Source: Deltaproteobacteria bacterium (lineage in GTDB: Bacteria > Desulfobacterota > Deferrimicrobia > Deferrimicrobiales > Deferrimicrobiaceae). From it: a stretch of DNA of 64,000 nucleotides. The stretch lies in the NCBI GenBank assembly GCA_016218975.1, contig JACRCO010000071.1, positions 7,723 through 71,722 of the forward strand, read 5' to 3'. Shown in pieces: positions 52,862-61,631 of this stretch. The first letter of the stretch is position 1; every line of letters begins with the position of its first letter. Made by a program: the position numbers and the translations under genes. The notes under the pieces were generated by a model. The model made no database searches. It was not told where the DNA came from and saw only the letters and a list, made by a program, of their open reading frames with translations.

Positions 52862-53806
52862 ATGGATCGATACACCAAGGGATTCGTCATCGCATCGCTG
52901 GTCTACTTTTTCCTGGCTTCCGTGCTGGGAATCTGGATGGGTTCTGCGGAGCCGGCAGGGTGGGTCCGGTTCACGCACGTGCATTTCAACCTGCTCGGCT
53001 TCATGTCCATGATGATCTACGGCGTCGGCTACTTCATCCTTCCCCGGTTCAACGGGCGTGCGCTCCGGTACCCGTCCTGGGTCAAGGCGCACTTCTACAT
53101 CTCCAACATCGGCCTGATCGGGATGGTGGCCGCTTATCCTTCGATGCCGTCGGCGGCGTTCGTGCTGTTCGCCGTACTCTCGGTCGCAGGTGTCGCATTG
53201 TTCGTCGCGAACCTCGGGGCGACGATGCTGCTTGCGCCCGCGGAAACGGGGGAAGCGGAGGAGGTAGAGGATGCACCGCCGGCCGCGGCGGGGGAAACCG
53301 CTCCCGAGCCGCAACCGCGTGTGGACATTGACCCGGACATGCGGGTCGGAGAGATTCTGACCCGGTGGCCCGACACGGTGGGCGTGTTCGTGGCGAACGG
53401 ATTCGCCTCCCTTGGGAACCCCGAGCACCGGGAGCAGGTTAAACAAATACCGATCACGCTGCGCATGGCTTGCCAGCGGCACAACGTCGACCTTGAGCCG
53501 ATGGTCGCCATGTTGATCTCGGCCGCTGGAGGAGAAGCGCCGAAAGCGGCGGCCGCCGGCCCGGGAACTTCAGCCAGGCCGCGCAAAGGCGGGCTCAGGA
53601 GGGGAGATCCGATCGGCACCGAAAACATCCTGGGCGAAATCCTGGACGTCTACCCGGAAACGACGAACGTATTCAGGAAGTACTACGGTGAAGGATGCTT
53701 CTCCTGCCCGGGACAGGCGACCGAGAGCGTCAAGCAGAGCGCGATGATGCACAACGTGAGCGAAAAGCAGCTTTTGTCCGAGCTGAACCGTGCCGCGGGA
53801 TTCTGA
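52862..53806 (+). CDS. Membrane protein (about 4 TM, conserved His) with two C-terminal DUF1858-like redox-disulfide domains
   Basis: N-terminal 4-TM region HVHFNLLGFMSMMIYGVGYFILPRF. Two repeats of the DUF1858-type module (VGEILTRWPDTVGVFVANGF...LRMACQRHNVDLEPMVAML and LGEILDVYPETTNVFRKYYGEGCFSCPGQATESVKQSAMMHNVSEKQLLSELN). Confidence 0.6.
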   Translation: MDRYTKGFVIASLVYFFLASVLGIWMGSAEPAGWVRFTHVHFNLLGFMSMMIYGVGYFILPRFNGRALRYPSWVKAHFYISNIGLIGMVAAYPSMPSAAFVLFAVLSVAGVALFVANLGATMLLAPAETGEAEEVEDAPPAAAGETAPEPQPRVDIDPDMRVGEILTRWPDTVGVFVANGFASLGNPEHREQVKQIPITLRMACQRHNVDLEPMVAMLISAAGGEAPKAAAAGPGTSARPRKGGLRRGDPIGTENILGEILDVYPETTNVFRKYYGEGCFSCPGQATESVKQSAMMHNVSEKQLLSELNRAAGF

Positions 53807-53822
53807 TGAGGGGGGGGGGAAG

Positions 53823-54215
53823 ATGATAGAGCGGATGCAGGAACTGCTGGAAGCCGAGAGGGCGGGAGTCGCCTGCCTGGGGGCGATGGCGGAGAAGGCC
53901 CCTCCGGGGGAAATGAGGGACTTTCTGATAAAATTGCGGAACGACGAGGGGAAGTTCTGCGCGGGCCTTTACCGGCTCATCGAATCGCGGGGATCGACCC
54001 CCCGGCAGAAGGTCGGGGCCTTCGCCGAAAAGGTCCTCGCCCTTCCGGGGGATTCCGAGCGGCTCGCGCTGCTCGTCAAGGGGCAGGCCTGGGTCGTTCG
54101 GAAGATCGACGAGATTCCCGCCGAAGAGATGACGCCCGGCGAGAAGGACTTCTTCGCCGGCATGCGGGAAGACCACGTCGTCAACATCGAAGCCTGCCGC
54201 AAATATTTACCATAA
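53823..54215 (+). CDS. Hypothetical helical protein (possible four-helix-bundle/ferritin-like)
   Basis: Within ORF 53790..54215. Start taken at ATG 53823 (MIERMQELLEAERAGV). No confident family assignment. Confidence 0.45.
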   Translation: MIERMQELLEAERAGVACLGAMAEKAPPGEMRDFLIKLRNDEGKFCAGLYRLIESRGSTPRQKVGAFAEKVLALPGDSERLALLVKGQAWVVRKIDEIPAEEMTPGEKDFFAGMREDHVVNIEACRKYLP

Positions 54216-54224
54216 GGAGGCTCC

Positions 54225-54578
54225 ATGCACGTATCCCGTTGGGAAGAAGTGGAAGGTAAAGCCGTAACCGATCCCGGCGCGAAGAACGTTTCCATCCGGG
54301 TGCTGATGGGCGACAACGTGGGAGCCCCGAACTTCGCGATGCGTCACTTTTCGCTCGGACCGGGCGGCAGCACTCCGTACCATACCCATCCCTGGGAACA
54401 TGAGGTATTCGTCCTTTCGGGAACCGGAAAAGCGTTGAAAAAGGGGGGAGAAGAGGCGGTTTCCCCGGGTAGTTTCGTCTACGTGGCCCCCGACGAGGAG
54501 CACTCCTTCGCGAACTCGGGCGATTCGCATTTCGAATTCCTCTGCATCATCCCGGCGGCGAAATTCTGCCTCCGATAG
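54225..54578 (+). CDS. Cupin-domain protein
   Basis: 117 aa. Cupin motifs G(X)5HTHPWEHEVFVLSG and GSFVYVAPDEEHSFAN. AAGGAGG RBS. Confidence 0.7.
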   Translation: MHVSRWEEVEGKAVTDPGAKNVSIRVLMGDNVGAPNFAMRHFSLGPGGSTPYHTHPWEHEVFVLSGTGKALKKGGEEAVSPGSFVYVAPDEEHSFANSGDSHFEFLCIIPAAKFCLR

Positions 54579-54815
54579 GGACGGTCCTGTGTGAGGACAC
54601 CCTTGGGCGAATACGGAAACTGGTTATTCAGCAGGGGCGTGTAAACCAAAAGGAGACATCAGGACCGTCCCTGTTTTCGCGGGTCCTGTGTGACGACACC
54701 CTTGGGCGAATACGGAAACTGGTTATTCAGCAGGGGCGTGTAAACCAAAAGGAGACATCAGGACCGTCCCTGTTTTCGCGGGTCCCGTGTGAGGACACCC
54801 TTGGGCGAATACGGA
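54579..54815. repeat. Tandem direct repeat, 99-bp unit, 2.35 copies, each bounded by a 12-bp inverted repeat
   Basis: Unit copies start at 54582, 54681 and 54780 (partial). Copies 1 and 2 differ at one position (gaggac vs gacgac). Each unit is flanked by GGGACGGTCCTG ... CAGGACCGTCCC and followed by TGTTTTCGCG. An internal GTCCTgtgtgAGGAC hairpin is present. No ORF. Confidence 0.8.
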
Positions 54816-54885
54816 TTTTCTTTGTGACGAAAACGGTTTTTTTGCATCATAACGATGCCCGCCCGCATTTTGGGGCCAGCCCCGC

Positions 54886-54914
54886 TTGACCGAGCTGGAT
54901 TTATTATGTAAAAC
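54886..54914 (+). promoter_or_regulatory. Candidate sigma70 promoter for the alternative complex III operon
   Basis: TTGACC (54886-54891), a 17-nt spacer, then TAAAAC (54909-54914), about 45 nt upstream of the actA ATG. Confidence 0.4.
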
Positions 54915-54959
54915 GAGCGCTTACGGGGCAAGGGCATTCATGGAACCGAAAGGGGCCCG

Positions 54960-55457
54960 ATGCAACGACCAAGCCCGCAGGCCGTCATCGCAGCTTCCCT
55001 TTTCGCCTTCGCACTGATCGCCGCGTCGGTTGCCTCGTTCGCGGAGACCCCGCAGCCTGTCGCGTACAGCCACAGGATCCACGTAACCGACAACAAAATC
55101 GATTGCCGGTTCTGCCACTCTTCCGCAAACAAATCCGCCTCCGCGAGGATCCCTCCAGTGGAGAAGTGCATGTCCTGCCACCGGGTTATCGCGACGGACC
55201 GCCCGGAAATAAAGAAGATCGCGCAGTACTGGAGAGAGAAAAAGCCGATCTACTGGAACCGGGTGACGGAACTTCCCGATTACGTCTACTTCCCGCACAT
55301 GCGGATGGTCAACGCGGGCGTGCCCTGCCTTACCTGCCACCCCGGGATGGACCGGGCCGACGGGGCGGTCCAGAAGCGGGAGTTCACGATGGGCTGGTGC
55401 ATGGATTGCCATAAAAAGCGCGGCGTCTCCATCGACTGCTGGACGTGCCACATATGA
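54960..55457 (+). CDS. actA: Pentahaem cytochrome c, ActA-like (alternative complex III)
   Basis: Five CxxCH motifs (CRFCH, CMSCH, CLTCH, CMDCH, CWTCH). N-terminal signal/anchor. Confidence 0.8.
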   Translation: MQRPSPQAVIAASLFAFALIAASVASFAETPQPVAYSHRIHVTDNKIDCRFCHSSANKSASARIPPVEKCMSCHRVIATDRPEIKKIAQYWREKKPIYWNRVTELPDYVYFPHMRMVNAGVPCLTCHPGMDRADGAVQKREFTMGWCMDCHKKRGVSIDCWTCHI

Positions 55458-57643
55458 AAAGGAGAGATTTCCTCAAACTCGGCGGCGCGACGGCCTTCGC
55501 GGCCCTCTTCGGAGGATGCGACAACCTGCCGAAGAAGCTCGTCCCCTTCGTCATCCCGCCGGAAAATTACACGCTGGGCGAATCTCTTTGGTATGCCTCG
55601 GTATGCCGCCAGTGCCCCGCCGGGTGCGGCATCGTGGTTCGGGTCTCGGAAGGGCGCGCAAAGAAGATAGAGGGTAACCCGCTCCACCCGGTAAACAGCG
55701 GGAAACTCTGCGCTCGGGGGCAGGCGGGCCTCCAGGCGCTTTATCACCCTGAACGGCTCGGGCGTCCGCTGAAACTGTCGGGGCCGCGGGGATCGGGAAA
55801 GTTCACCGAGACTTCCTGGGAAGATGCGCTTTCCATATTGATGACCGGCCTGAAAAAAATCCGTGCCGAGGCACCGGGCTCGCTGCTGATGCTGGCGGAG
55901 CCGATGAGGGGCCACCGGAACCTCGTCGTCCACCGATTCCTGCGCGCGTTCGGCGCCCCCGCTCCCGTGGCGTGGGATCCCTTCGGACACGACGCGCTCC
56001 TTGCGGCGAACGAGGATGTTTTCGGCATCCGCGACATTCCCGAATACGACATCGCCAACGCCCGTTATCTCCTCTCCTTCAGCGGTGATTTTCTCGAAAC
56101 GTGGCTCTCTCCTGTACATTACGGCCGCGCCTACGGCAGGATGCGGCAGGAGCGCCCCACGGTAAGGGGGAAATTCGTCCATTTCGGCCCCCGCTTGTCG
56201 ATGACGGCCGCGAACGCGGATGTCTTCCTGCCGATCGCGCCCGGAACGGAAGGTTTCGCCGCGCTGGGAATCGCGCACGTGATGGTGCGTGAGAAGCTCA
56301 CGCCCTCTCCCGCCGCCTCCTCCCTGTGGACGGCGGGTCTCCGGCAGATGACTCCCGAAACCGTGGGGGAGAAAACCGGCCTTCGGCCTTCCGACATCGA
56401 GGCCGTCGCCCGGGAGTTCGCAGGTAACCAGCCCGGTCTCGCGATAGCAGGGGATGGCGCCGCCGGATGCACGAACGGTACGTTCCACTTTTCGGCCGCC
56501 GCGCTCCTGAACGTCCTGGCCGGCAACCTCGGCAAGCCGGGAGGACTATCCTTCCCGGACCGGCGTTCGGCGTTTCCGCGGGCCGGCGCAGATGCATCCA
56601 CGCTCGCGCCTCTCCCCGAAAGCGGATTCGCATCCGTTCGCAACACCCTGGAAAAGATGCGGGGCGGCGCCTTCCAAGTGGCGCTGCTCTCGGGGGAGAC
56701 CAATCCGGCGTTCACGCTCCCGGCGGGGCTCAAGTTTCCCGAATCGCTTCTCTCCGTTCCGCTGGTCGTGTCGTTCTCCTCGTTCCTGGACGAAACCTCC
56801 TCACTCTCCGACCTCGTCCTTCCCGTTCCCACGTATCTCGAAGAATGGGGAGACGATATCGCGCCCGCGGGGCATTCGGGAGACGCCGTCGGCCTGCTCC
56901 AGCCGGTCATAGAGCCGTTCCGGGACGCCCGTCCCATGCCCGACATCCTGATCGCGGCGGCTAAAGAGCTCGGCGGCCCGGTGGCGGCGGCCCTTCCATG
57001 GAAGAATTTCCGGGAATGCCTGGAACAAGGCTATACCGGGATGGGCGTTAATCTTGAGAACGCCCGCAGGGAAGGAGGGATCTTCTCCCGGAAGGGATCG
57101 CTTTCACGCACTGCGAAGCGGGCTGGAAATCCTCCTCTTCCCAAAGCTATCGAGGCGTCATACGAGGGCGATGCGGCGCGCTACCCGCTCGTTCTTCACG
57201 TCTACCCCTCCATCGCCCTCTCCGACGGCCGCGGGGCGAACCTGTCGTGGCTGCAGGAGATGCCCGACCCCATCAGCACCGCCGTCTGGCGCAACTGGGT
57301 GGAAGTGCATCCGAAGACCGCCGAATCGCTGGGGATAGCGGACGGCGACGGCGTCGTCGTGACGTCCCCCTTCGGTTCAATGGAAGCGTTCGCCGTTCTT
57401 CATCCGGCGGTCGCGAAGGGAACGGCCGCCATGCCGCTGGGACAGGGGCACACAAGATACGGAAGGAACGCGGCGGGCCGTGGGGGGAACCCGTTCTCTC
57501 TCCTTCCCGTGAAGGATACGGCCGGGGCGAAGTCCCACGCGCGGCAATCGACGCGGGTCTCCATCGCGAAGGCGAGGATCAAGGGGAAACTGGTCCGTAC
57601 CGTCAACGTCGAAGGCCAGTGGAAGTACGAGAACATCCTGTGA
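55454..57643 (+). CDS. actB: ActB1-like molybdopterin-oxidoreductase-family subunit with Tat signal
   Basis: ATGA overlap with actA. Twin-arginine signal MKRRDFLKLGGATAFAALFGGC. N-terminal Cys cluster (CRQCPAGCG...C) of the MopB superfamily. Confidence 0.85.
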   Translation: MKRRDFLKLGGATAFAALFGGCDNLPKKLVPFVIPPENYTLGESLWYASVCRQCPAGCGIVVRVSEGRAKKIEGNPLHPVNSGKLCARGQAGLQALYHPERLGRPLKLSGPRGSGKFTETSWEDALSILMTGLKKIRAEAPGSLLMLAEPMRGHRNLVVHRFLRAFGAPAPVAWDPFGHDALLAANEDVFGIRDIPEYDIANARYLLSFSGDFLETWLSPVHYGRAYGRMRQERPTVRGKFVHFGPRLSMTAANADVFLPIAPGTEGFAALGIAHVMVREKLTPSPAASSLWTAGLRQMTPETVGEKTGLRPSDIEAVAREFAGNQPGLAIAGDGAAGCTNGTFHFSAAALLNVLAGNLGKPGGLSFPDRRSAFPRAGADASTLAPLPESGFASVRNTLEKMRGGAFQVALLSGETNPAFTLPAGLKFPESLLSVPLVVSFSSFLDETSSLSDLVLPVPTYLEEWGDDIAPAGHSGDAVGLLQPVIEPFRDARPMPDILIAAAKELGGPVAAALPWKNFRECLEQGYTGMGVNLENARREGGIFSRKGSLSRTAKRAGNPPLPKAIEASYEGDAARYPLVLHVYPSIALSDGRGANLSWLQEMPDPISTAVWRNWVEVHPKTAESLGIADGDGVVVTSPFGSMEAFAVLHPAVAKGTAAMPLGQGHTRYGRNAAGRGGNPFSLLPVKDTAGAKSHARQSTRVSIAKARIKGKLVRTVNVEGQWKYENIL

Positions 57644-57665
57644 TGCGGGCGGAAGGAAACGCACG

Positions 57666-58367
57666 ATGAAGCACAAGTGGGCGATGGCGATCGACATGGA
57701 CCGCTGCACCGGCTGCGGCGCCTGCGTCGTCGCCTGCGTCGCCGAGAACAACACCCCGACCGCGGGCGAGGAGGAGGCCGGGAAGGGCCGCCTCATGCAG
57801 TGGCTCCGCGTGTCCCGTTTCTGGAAAAAGGAAGGGGAGGAAACGCGCGCGATCTTCGTGCCGACCCCCTGCATGCACTGCGAGAAGGCCCCATGCGAAA
57901 TCGTGTGCCCGGTGTACGCCACCTACCACGACGAGGACGACCACCTGAACGCGATGGTCTACAACCGCTGCATCGGGACGAGGTATTGCGCGAACAACTG
58001 CCCCTACTCGGTGCGCGTCTTCAACTGGTGGCCCGCAAAATGGGAAAAGCCGCTCGACGAGCAGCTGAACCCGGACCTTTCGGTCCGCTCGCGCGGCGTG
58101 ATGGAAAAATGCACCTATTGCATCCAGCGGATAAGGCGGGGCAAGGAAACGGCCATTAAAGAAGGACGGAAGATAAGGGACGGCGAGGTCATGCCTGCCT
58201 GCGCGCAGACCTGCCCGCCCGGGGCGATAATCTTCGGGGACCTGCTGGATCCGGAGAGCGAGATCTCCCGGACCGTCAAGGACACGCGGCTGTTCAAGCT
58301 TATGGAGCACCTGGGGACGGAGCCGAGTACGGTGTATCTCAAGAAGCAAAAAGGGCCCGGGCGATGA
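57666..58367 (+). CDS. ActB2-like 4Fe-4S ferredoxin-type subunit
   Basis: Cys clusters CTGCGACVVAC, CMHCEKAPC..C, C..C..NC..C, CTYC...C. Confidence 0.85.
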   Translation: MKHKWAMAIDMDRCTGCGACVVACVAENNTPTAGEEEAGKGRLMQWLRVSRFWKKEGEETRAIFVPTPCMHCEKAPCEIVCPVYATYHDEDDHLNAMVYNRCIGTRYCANNCPYSVRVFNWWPAKWEKPLDEQLNPDLSVRSRGVMEKCTYCIQRIRRGKETAIKEGRKIRDGEVMPACAQTCPPGAIIFGDLLDPESEISRTVKDTRLFKLMEHLGTEPSTVYLKKQKGPGR

Positions 58368-59749
58368 ACGAAAGGAATCACCTCGCCAGGCAGGGGGAAG
58401 GGAAACTCTACGAGGAGTTGTCCCGTTCCAACCTCGTCACCACGAAGGCGTGGTACAGGGCGGCGGGGATCCTGTTCGCGGTCACCGCGGGCGCTGCAGG
58501 GGTCTTCTTCTACATGATGGCTACGGGCATCGGGGTCACCGGCCTCTCCCGGCCCGTCATGTGGGGGACGATGATCATCCTCTTCGTCTTCTGGATCGGG
58601 TTGTCCCACTCGGGAACGCTGATCTCGGCGATCCTGCGGATAACCAGGGCCGGATGGCGTGCGCCGGTGCTTCGCGGCGCGGAGGCGATGACGGTCTTCG
58701 CGTTGATGGTGGGGGGCCTCTTCCCCCTCATGCACCTGGGCCGGAACTGGCGCTTCTACTACATGATCCCCTATCCCAACGATCGGTTGCTCTGGCCGAA
58801 CTTCCGGTCCCCCCTGCTTTGGGACATGGTGGCCATCGGCACGTATCTCACTGGGAGCATCCTCTTCCTTTATTTCGGGATGATCCCGGACCTTGCCGTA
58901 GCCCGGGACTTTTCCACCGGGTGGCGGAAGAAGCTGTACACGATCCTGGCCGCGGGCTTCCGTGGGACGCACTCCGAGTGGCGCCGCTACCACGTCGCAT
59001 CGACCCTGTTCGCGGTGCTCATCATTCCGGTCGCCGTCTCGGTCCACTCCATCGTGAGCTGGGACTTCGCCATGGCCATGGTCCCGGGCTGGCACAGCAC
59101 CATCTTCGCCCCGTACTTCGTGGCGGGTGCGATCTACTCGGGGATCGCGGGGGTCATCACGGTGATGGCGTTCCTGCGCAGGGTCTTCCGGCTGGAAAAC
59201 TTCCTCACGGAGCGCCACTTCGACAACCTCGGCAAGCTGCTCCTTACGATGACGCTCGTCTGGGGGTATTTCTACTTCGCCGAATTCCTGACCACCTGGT
59301 ACAGCCGGCTCCCCGAGGACTGGGCGCTCATAAGCTCATACGGCGGCCATTTCCTCCCGCTATTCATCCTGATGCTGACGTGCAATTTCCTCATTCCGCT
59401 GCCCGCGCTCTGCCTTTCGAAGGTGCGGAGATCGGTGCCCGCAATCCTTGCCGTCTCCCTCGTCGTCAACGTCGGCATGCTCGCGGAGCGTGCGCTCATC
59501 GTGGTCCCGTCCCTCGCGCGGCGAAACGACCCCTCCATATGGCTCAACTACTTCCCCACGTGGGTGGAAATCTCCTTCATCGTGGGATCGATCACGCTGT
59601 TCTCGCTCCTGTACGTGATCTTCGCCAAGCTTTTCCCCGTCATGGCGATAAGCGACATAAAGGAGCACCTCTTCAGAACGACCGACAGAGCCGTAGGCGG
59701 TGCCGTCGTACCGTCGGTGGCCGAAGAGGACGAAGGGGAAGGGAAATGA
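58364..59749 (+). CDS. actC: ActC-like NrfD/PsrC-family integral membrane quinol-interacting subunit
   Basis: ATGA overlap with the upstream stop. 461 aa polytopic. NrfD-type helices. Confidence 0.85.
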   Translation: MNERNHLARQGEGKLYEELSRSNLVTTKAWYRAAGILFAVTAGAAGVFFYMMATGIGVTGLSRPVMWGTMIILFVFWIGLSHSGTLISAILRITRAGWRAPVLRGAEAMTVFALMVGGLFPLMHLGRNWRFYYMIPYPNDRLLWPNFRSPLLWDMVAIGTYLTGSILFLYFGMIPDLAVARDFSTGWRKKLYTILAAGFRGTHSEWRRYHVASTLFAVLIIPVAVSVHSIVSWDFAMAMVPGWHSTIFAPYFVAGAIYSGIAGVITVMAFLRRVFRLENFLTERHFDNLGKLLLTMTLVWGYFYFAEFLTTWYSRLPEDWALISSYGGHFLPLFILMLTCNFLIPLPALCLSKVRRSVPAILAVSLVVNVGMLAERALIVVPSLARRNDPSIWLNYFPTWVEISFIVGSITLFSLLYVIFAKLFPVMAISDIKEHLFRTTDRAVGGAVVPSVAEEDEGEGK

Positions 59750-60279
59750 GCGGAGAAGGCAGGATGGTCGTCATCGGACTTTTCGACAGCGTCGAGGGAG
59801 CCGCGGCCGGGGCCCGTTCGCTGCTCGCGTTGCCTCTTCCTGCGGACCGCGTTACGACCATCTCGTCTGTGGCGCTGCCCGACGGCGCCGTCGTACATGA
59901 CCCCCGCCCCATCCGGTTCCCATGGATCGTGGTGCTCTTCTGGTTCGTCGGAGCCGTCTTCGGCGCGGGGCTCACACTTTACTCGTACCTTGTATATCCC
60001 ATGATAACGGCCGGGAAGCCGATCGCCACGGTCCCGCCGACGATCATCGTCACTTACGAAATGGCCATGCTCGGGGCGCTTCTTTCCACGCTCGTGGCGG
60101 CATTCGTGTCGATCGGGCTGGCGAGGATCCGCAGGAAGAAGGTGTACGATCCGCGTATCCACGACGGCAGGATCGCCGTGTGCGCCGCCGTCGAACCGGG
60201 CGACCAGGCCCGGCGGGCAGCCGATGCGCTGATGGAGCGCGGCGGCACTTCGATCCGGACAGAGGAAGGGGAACTGTGA
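59746..60279 (+). CDS. ActD-like small membrane subunit
   Basis: In-frame tail of ORF 58450..60279. Start at ATG 59746 (ATGA overlap with actC). Soluble N-domain plus two TM helices, as in ActD (DUF3341). Confidence 0.6.
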   Translation: MSGEGRMVVIGLFDSVEGAAAGARSLLALPLPADRVTTISSVALPDGAVVHDPRPIRFPWIVVLFWFVGAVFGAGLTLYSYLVYPMITAGKPIATVPPTIIVTYEMAMLGALLSTLVAAFVSIGLARIRRKKVYDPRIHDGRIAVCAAVEPGDQARRAADALMERGGTSIRTEEGEL

Positions 60280-60791
60280 TGTCCGACCGAACACCCTCGC
60301 TGTACGCCCTCCTTCGGATCGCGCTCCTTTTAGTTTTTGCGATTGCAGCGGTTCTCCTTTTCGGATGCGAGAAGATCGACCGGAACATGTGGGACAACCC
60401 CGCCTTCAAGCCGCAGGAAGATCCGGTACGACTTCCGCCGAAAGACTCCATCCCGACGAAGGGAAGGGAGCAGATCCCGTCGATGGCGGAAGCGAGGGAA
60501 CTGAAGAACCCGGTCGAACCGACCGAATGGGCGCTTCTCCAGGGGAAGGAGCTGTTCGGGATCCACTGCGTTCCCTGCCACGGAATCTCGGGAGCCGGTG
60601 ACGGCCCCGTGGGGAAGAAATACGTCCCCACTCCCGCCGACCTTCGTCCCGGTTCCCGCGGCGCCCGCCATTCCGACGGCGAACTCTTCGCCGTCATATC
60701 CTCCGGGTACGGAGGGATGCCAGCCTACCGGGCGGACCTGTCTCCATCCGAGCGGTGGCACATCGTCGCCTACTTGCGCACTTTGAAGTAG
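60279..60791 (+). CDS. ActE-like membrane-anchored mono-haem cytochrome c
   Basis: TGATG overlap with the upstream gene. Signal/anchor then lipobox-like LLFGC. Single CVPCHG haem motif with Met ligand region (GYGGMPAY). Confidence 0.7.
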   Translation: MSDRTPSLYALLRIALLLVFAIAAVLLFGCEKIDRNMWDNPAFKPQEDPVRLPPKDSIPTKGREQIPSMAEARELKNPVEPTEWALLQGKELFGIHCVPCHGISGAGDGPVGKKYVPTPADLRPGSRGARHSDGELFAVISSGYGGMPAYRADLSPSERWHIVAYLRTLK

Positions 60792-60892
60792 CCCGCATTT
60801 CCCGCCGGGCGTTGCGTGATAAAATTCGAATATAGGAACCCGGCGAATCGCCAGGAGCGGCTTTCTCATCAATTTCCCGTGAGGTGATTACG

Positions 60893-61624
60893 ATGTGCAG
60901 GATGATCGCTTTCGCTTCCTCCGATCCGGTGGACGTGTCGCCATTCCTCGGAAAACTGTCGGATTTGGCGCGGTGCGGCAACCTCGTCGAGGGCTGGGAG
61001 AAGAGGCCGGGGGGAAACCATCCGAACGGTTGGGGGATCGCCTTCCGCAACAGCGGCGGGATCGACGTCCGGCGCAGCGGGAATTCGGCGTGGGGCGACC
61101 CGGCGTTTGAGGAAGTCCGCGCGCGGTCCGACCGTTTCATAGGCCACGTAAGGTACGCTTCCAACACAGCAACGGTGAACGCGGCCAACTCCCATCCCTT
61201 CTTCGCCGACGGAGTGGCTTTGGCGCACAACGGGACGTTCTACGGAACGCTCGGCGATGAAGCGGACCGCAGGAACGTAAGCGATACGTTGATATTTCTG
61301 GAACGGCTTTGCGCGCTCTGGAAGGATCGGACGTTCCCTAAACTGAAAGAGACGATCGAAAAGATGCTCAACGACCCCGCACTCGTCGGCGATTATTCCG
61401 CTGCCAACCTGTTTATCGCAACGGGAGGATCTCTGTTCGCCCTGCGTCGCTACCGGAGGAACGAGGACTACTACACGCTTTATGTGCGTACCTCGCCCGG
61501 AAGCGTCGTAGCCGCAAGCCAGCCGCTCGACGATGGACAGGACTGGCGTCTATTGGGAAACGGGGAACTGGTGGACATGGGCGGACTGCCCTCCGGTTCC
61601 GTCTCCCTTGACGTGATTTCCTGA
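60893..61624 (+). CDS. Class II (Ntn) glutamine amidotransferase-domain protein (YafJ-like)
   Basis: Start at ATG 60893, so that Cys2 becomes the N-terminal nucleophile (MCRMIAFAS). GATase-2 fold motifs (GHVRYASN, LAHNGTF). Confidence 0.7.
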   Translation: MCRMIAFASSDPVDVSPFLGKLSDLARCGNLVEGWEKRPGGNHPNGWGIAFRNSGGIDVRRSGNSAWGDPAFEEVRARSDRFIGHVRYASNTATVNAANSHPFFADGVALAHNGTFYGTLGDEADRRNVSDTLIFLERLCALWKDRTFPKLKETIEKMLNDPALVGDYSAANLFIATGGSLFALRRYRRNEDYYTLYVRTSPGSVVAASQPLDDGQDWRLLGNGELVDMGGLPSGSVSLDVIS

Positions 61625-61631
61625 GGCTTCG

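Noticed and set aside
54579-54815. Possibility that the tandem repeat is a CRISPR array
   Set aside because: The repeat unit is 99 bp with no interspersed unique spacers and only 2.35 copies, and there are no cas genes in the window.
58450-59745. N-terminal 432 codons of the 609-aa ORF 58450..60279
   Set aside because: This is an out-of-frame overlap with actC (NrfD-like), which has convincing TM-helix structure. Only the C-terminal part from ATG 59746 (ActD-like) is kept.
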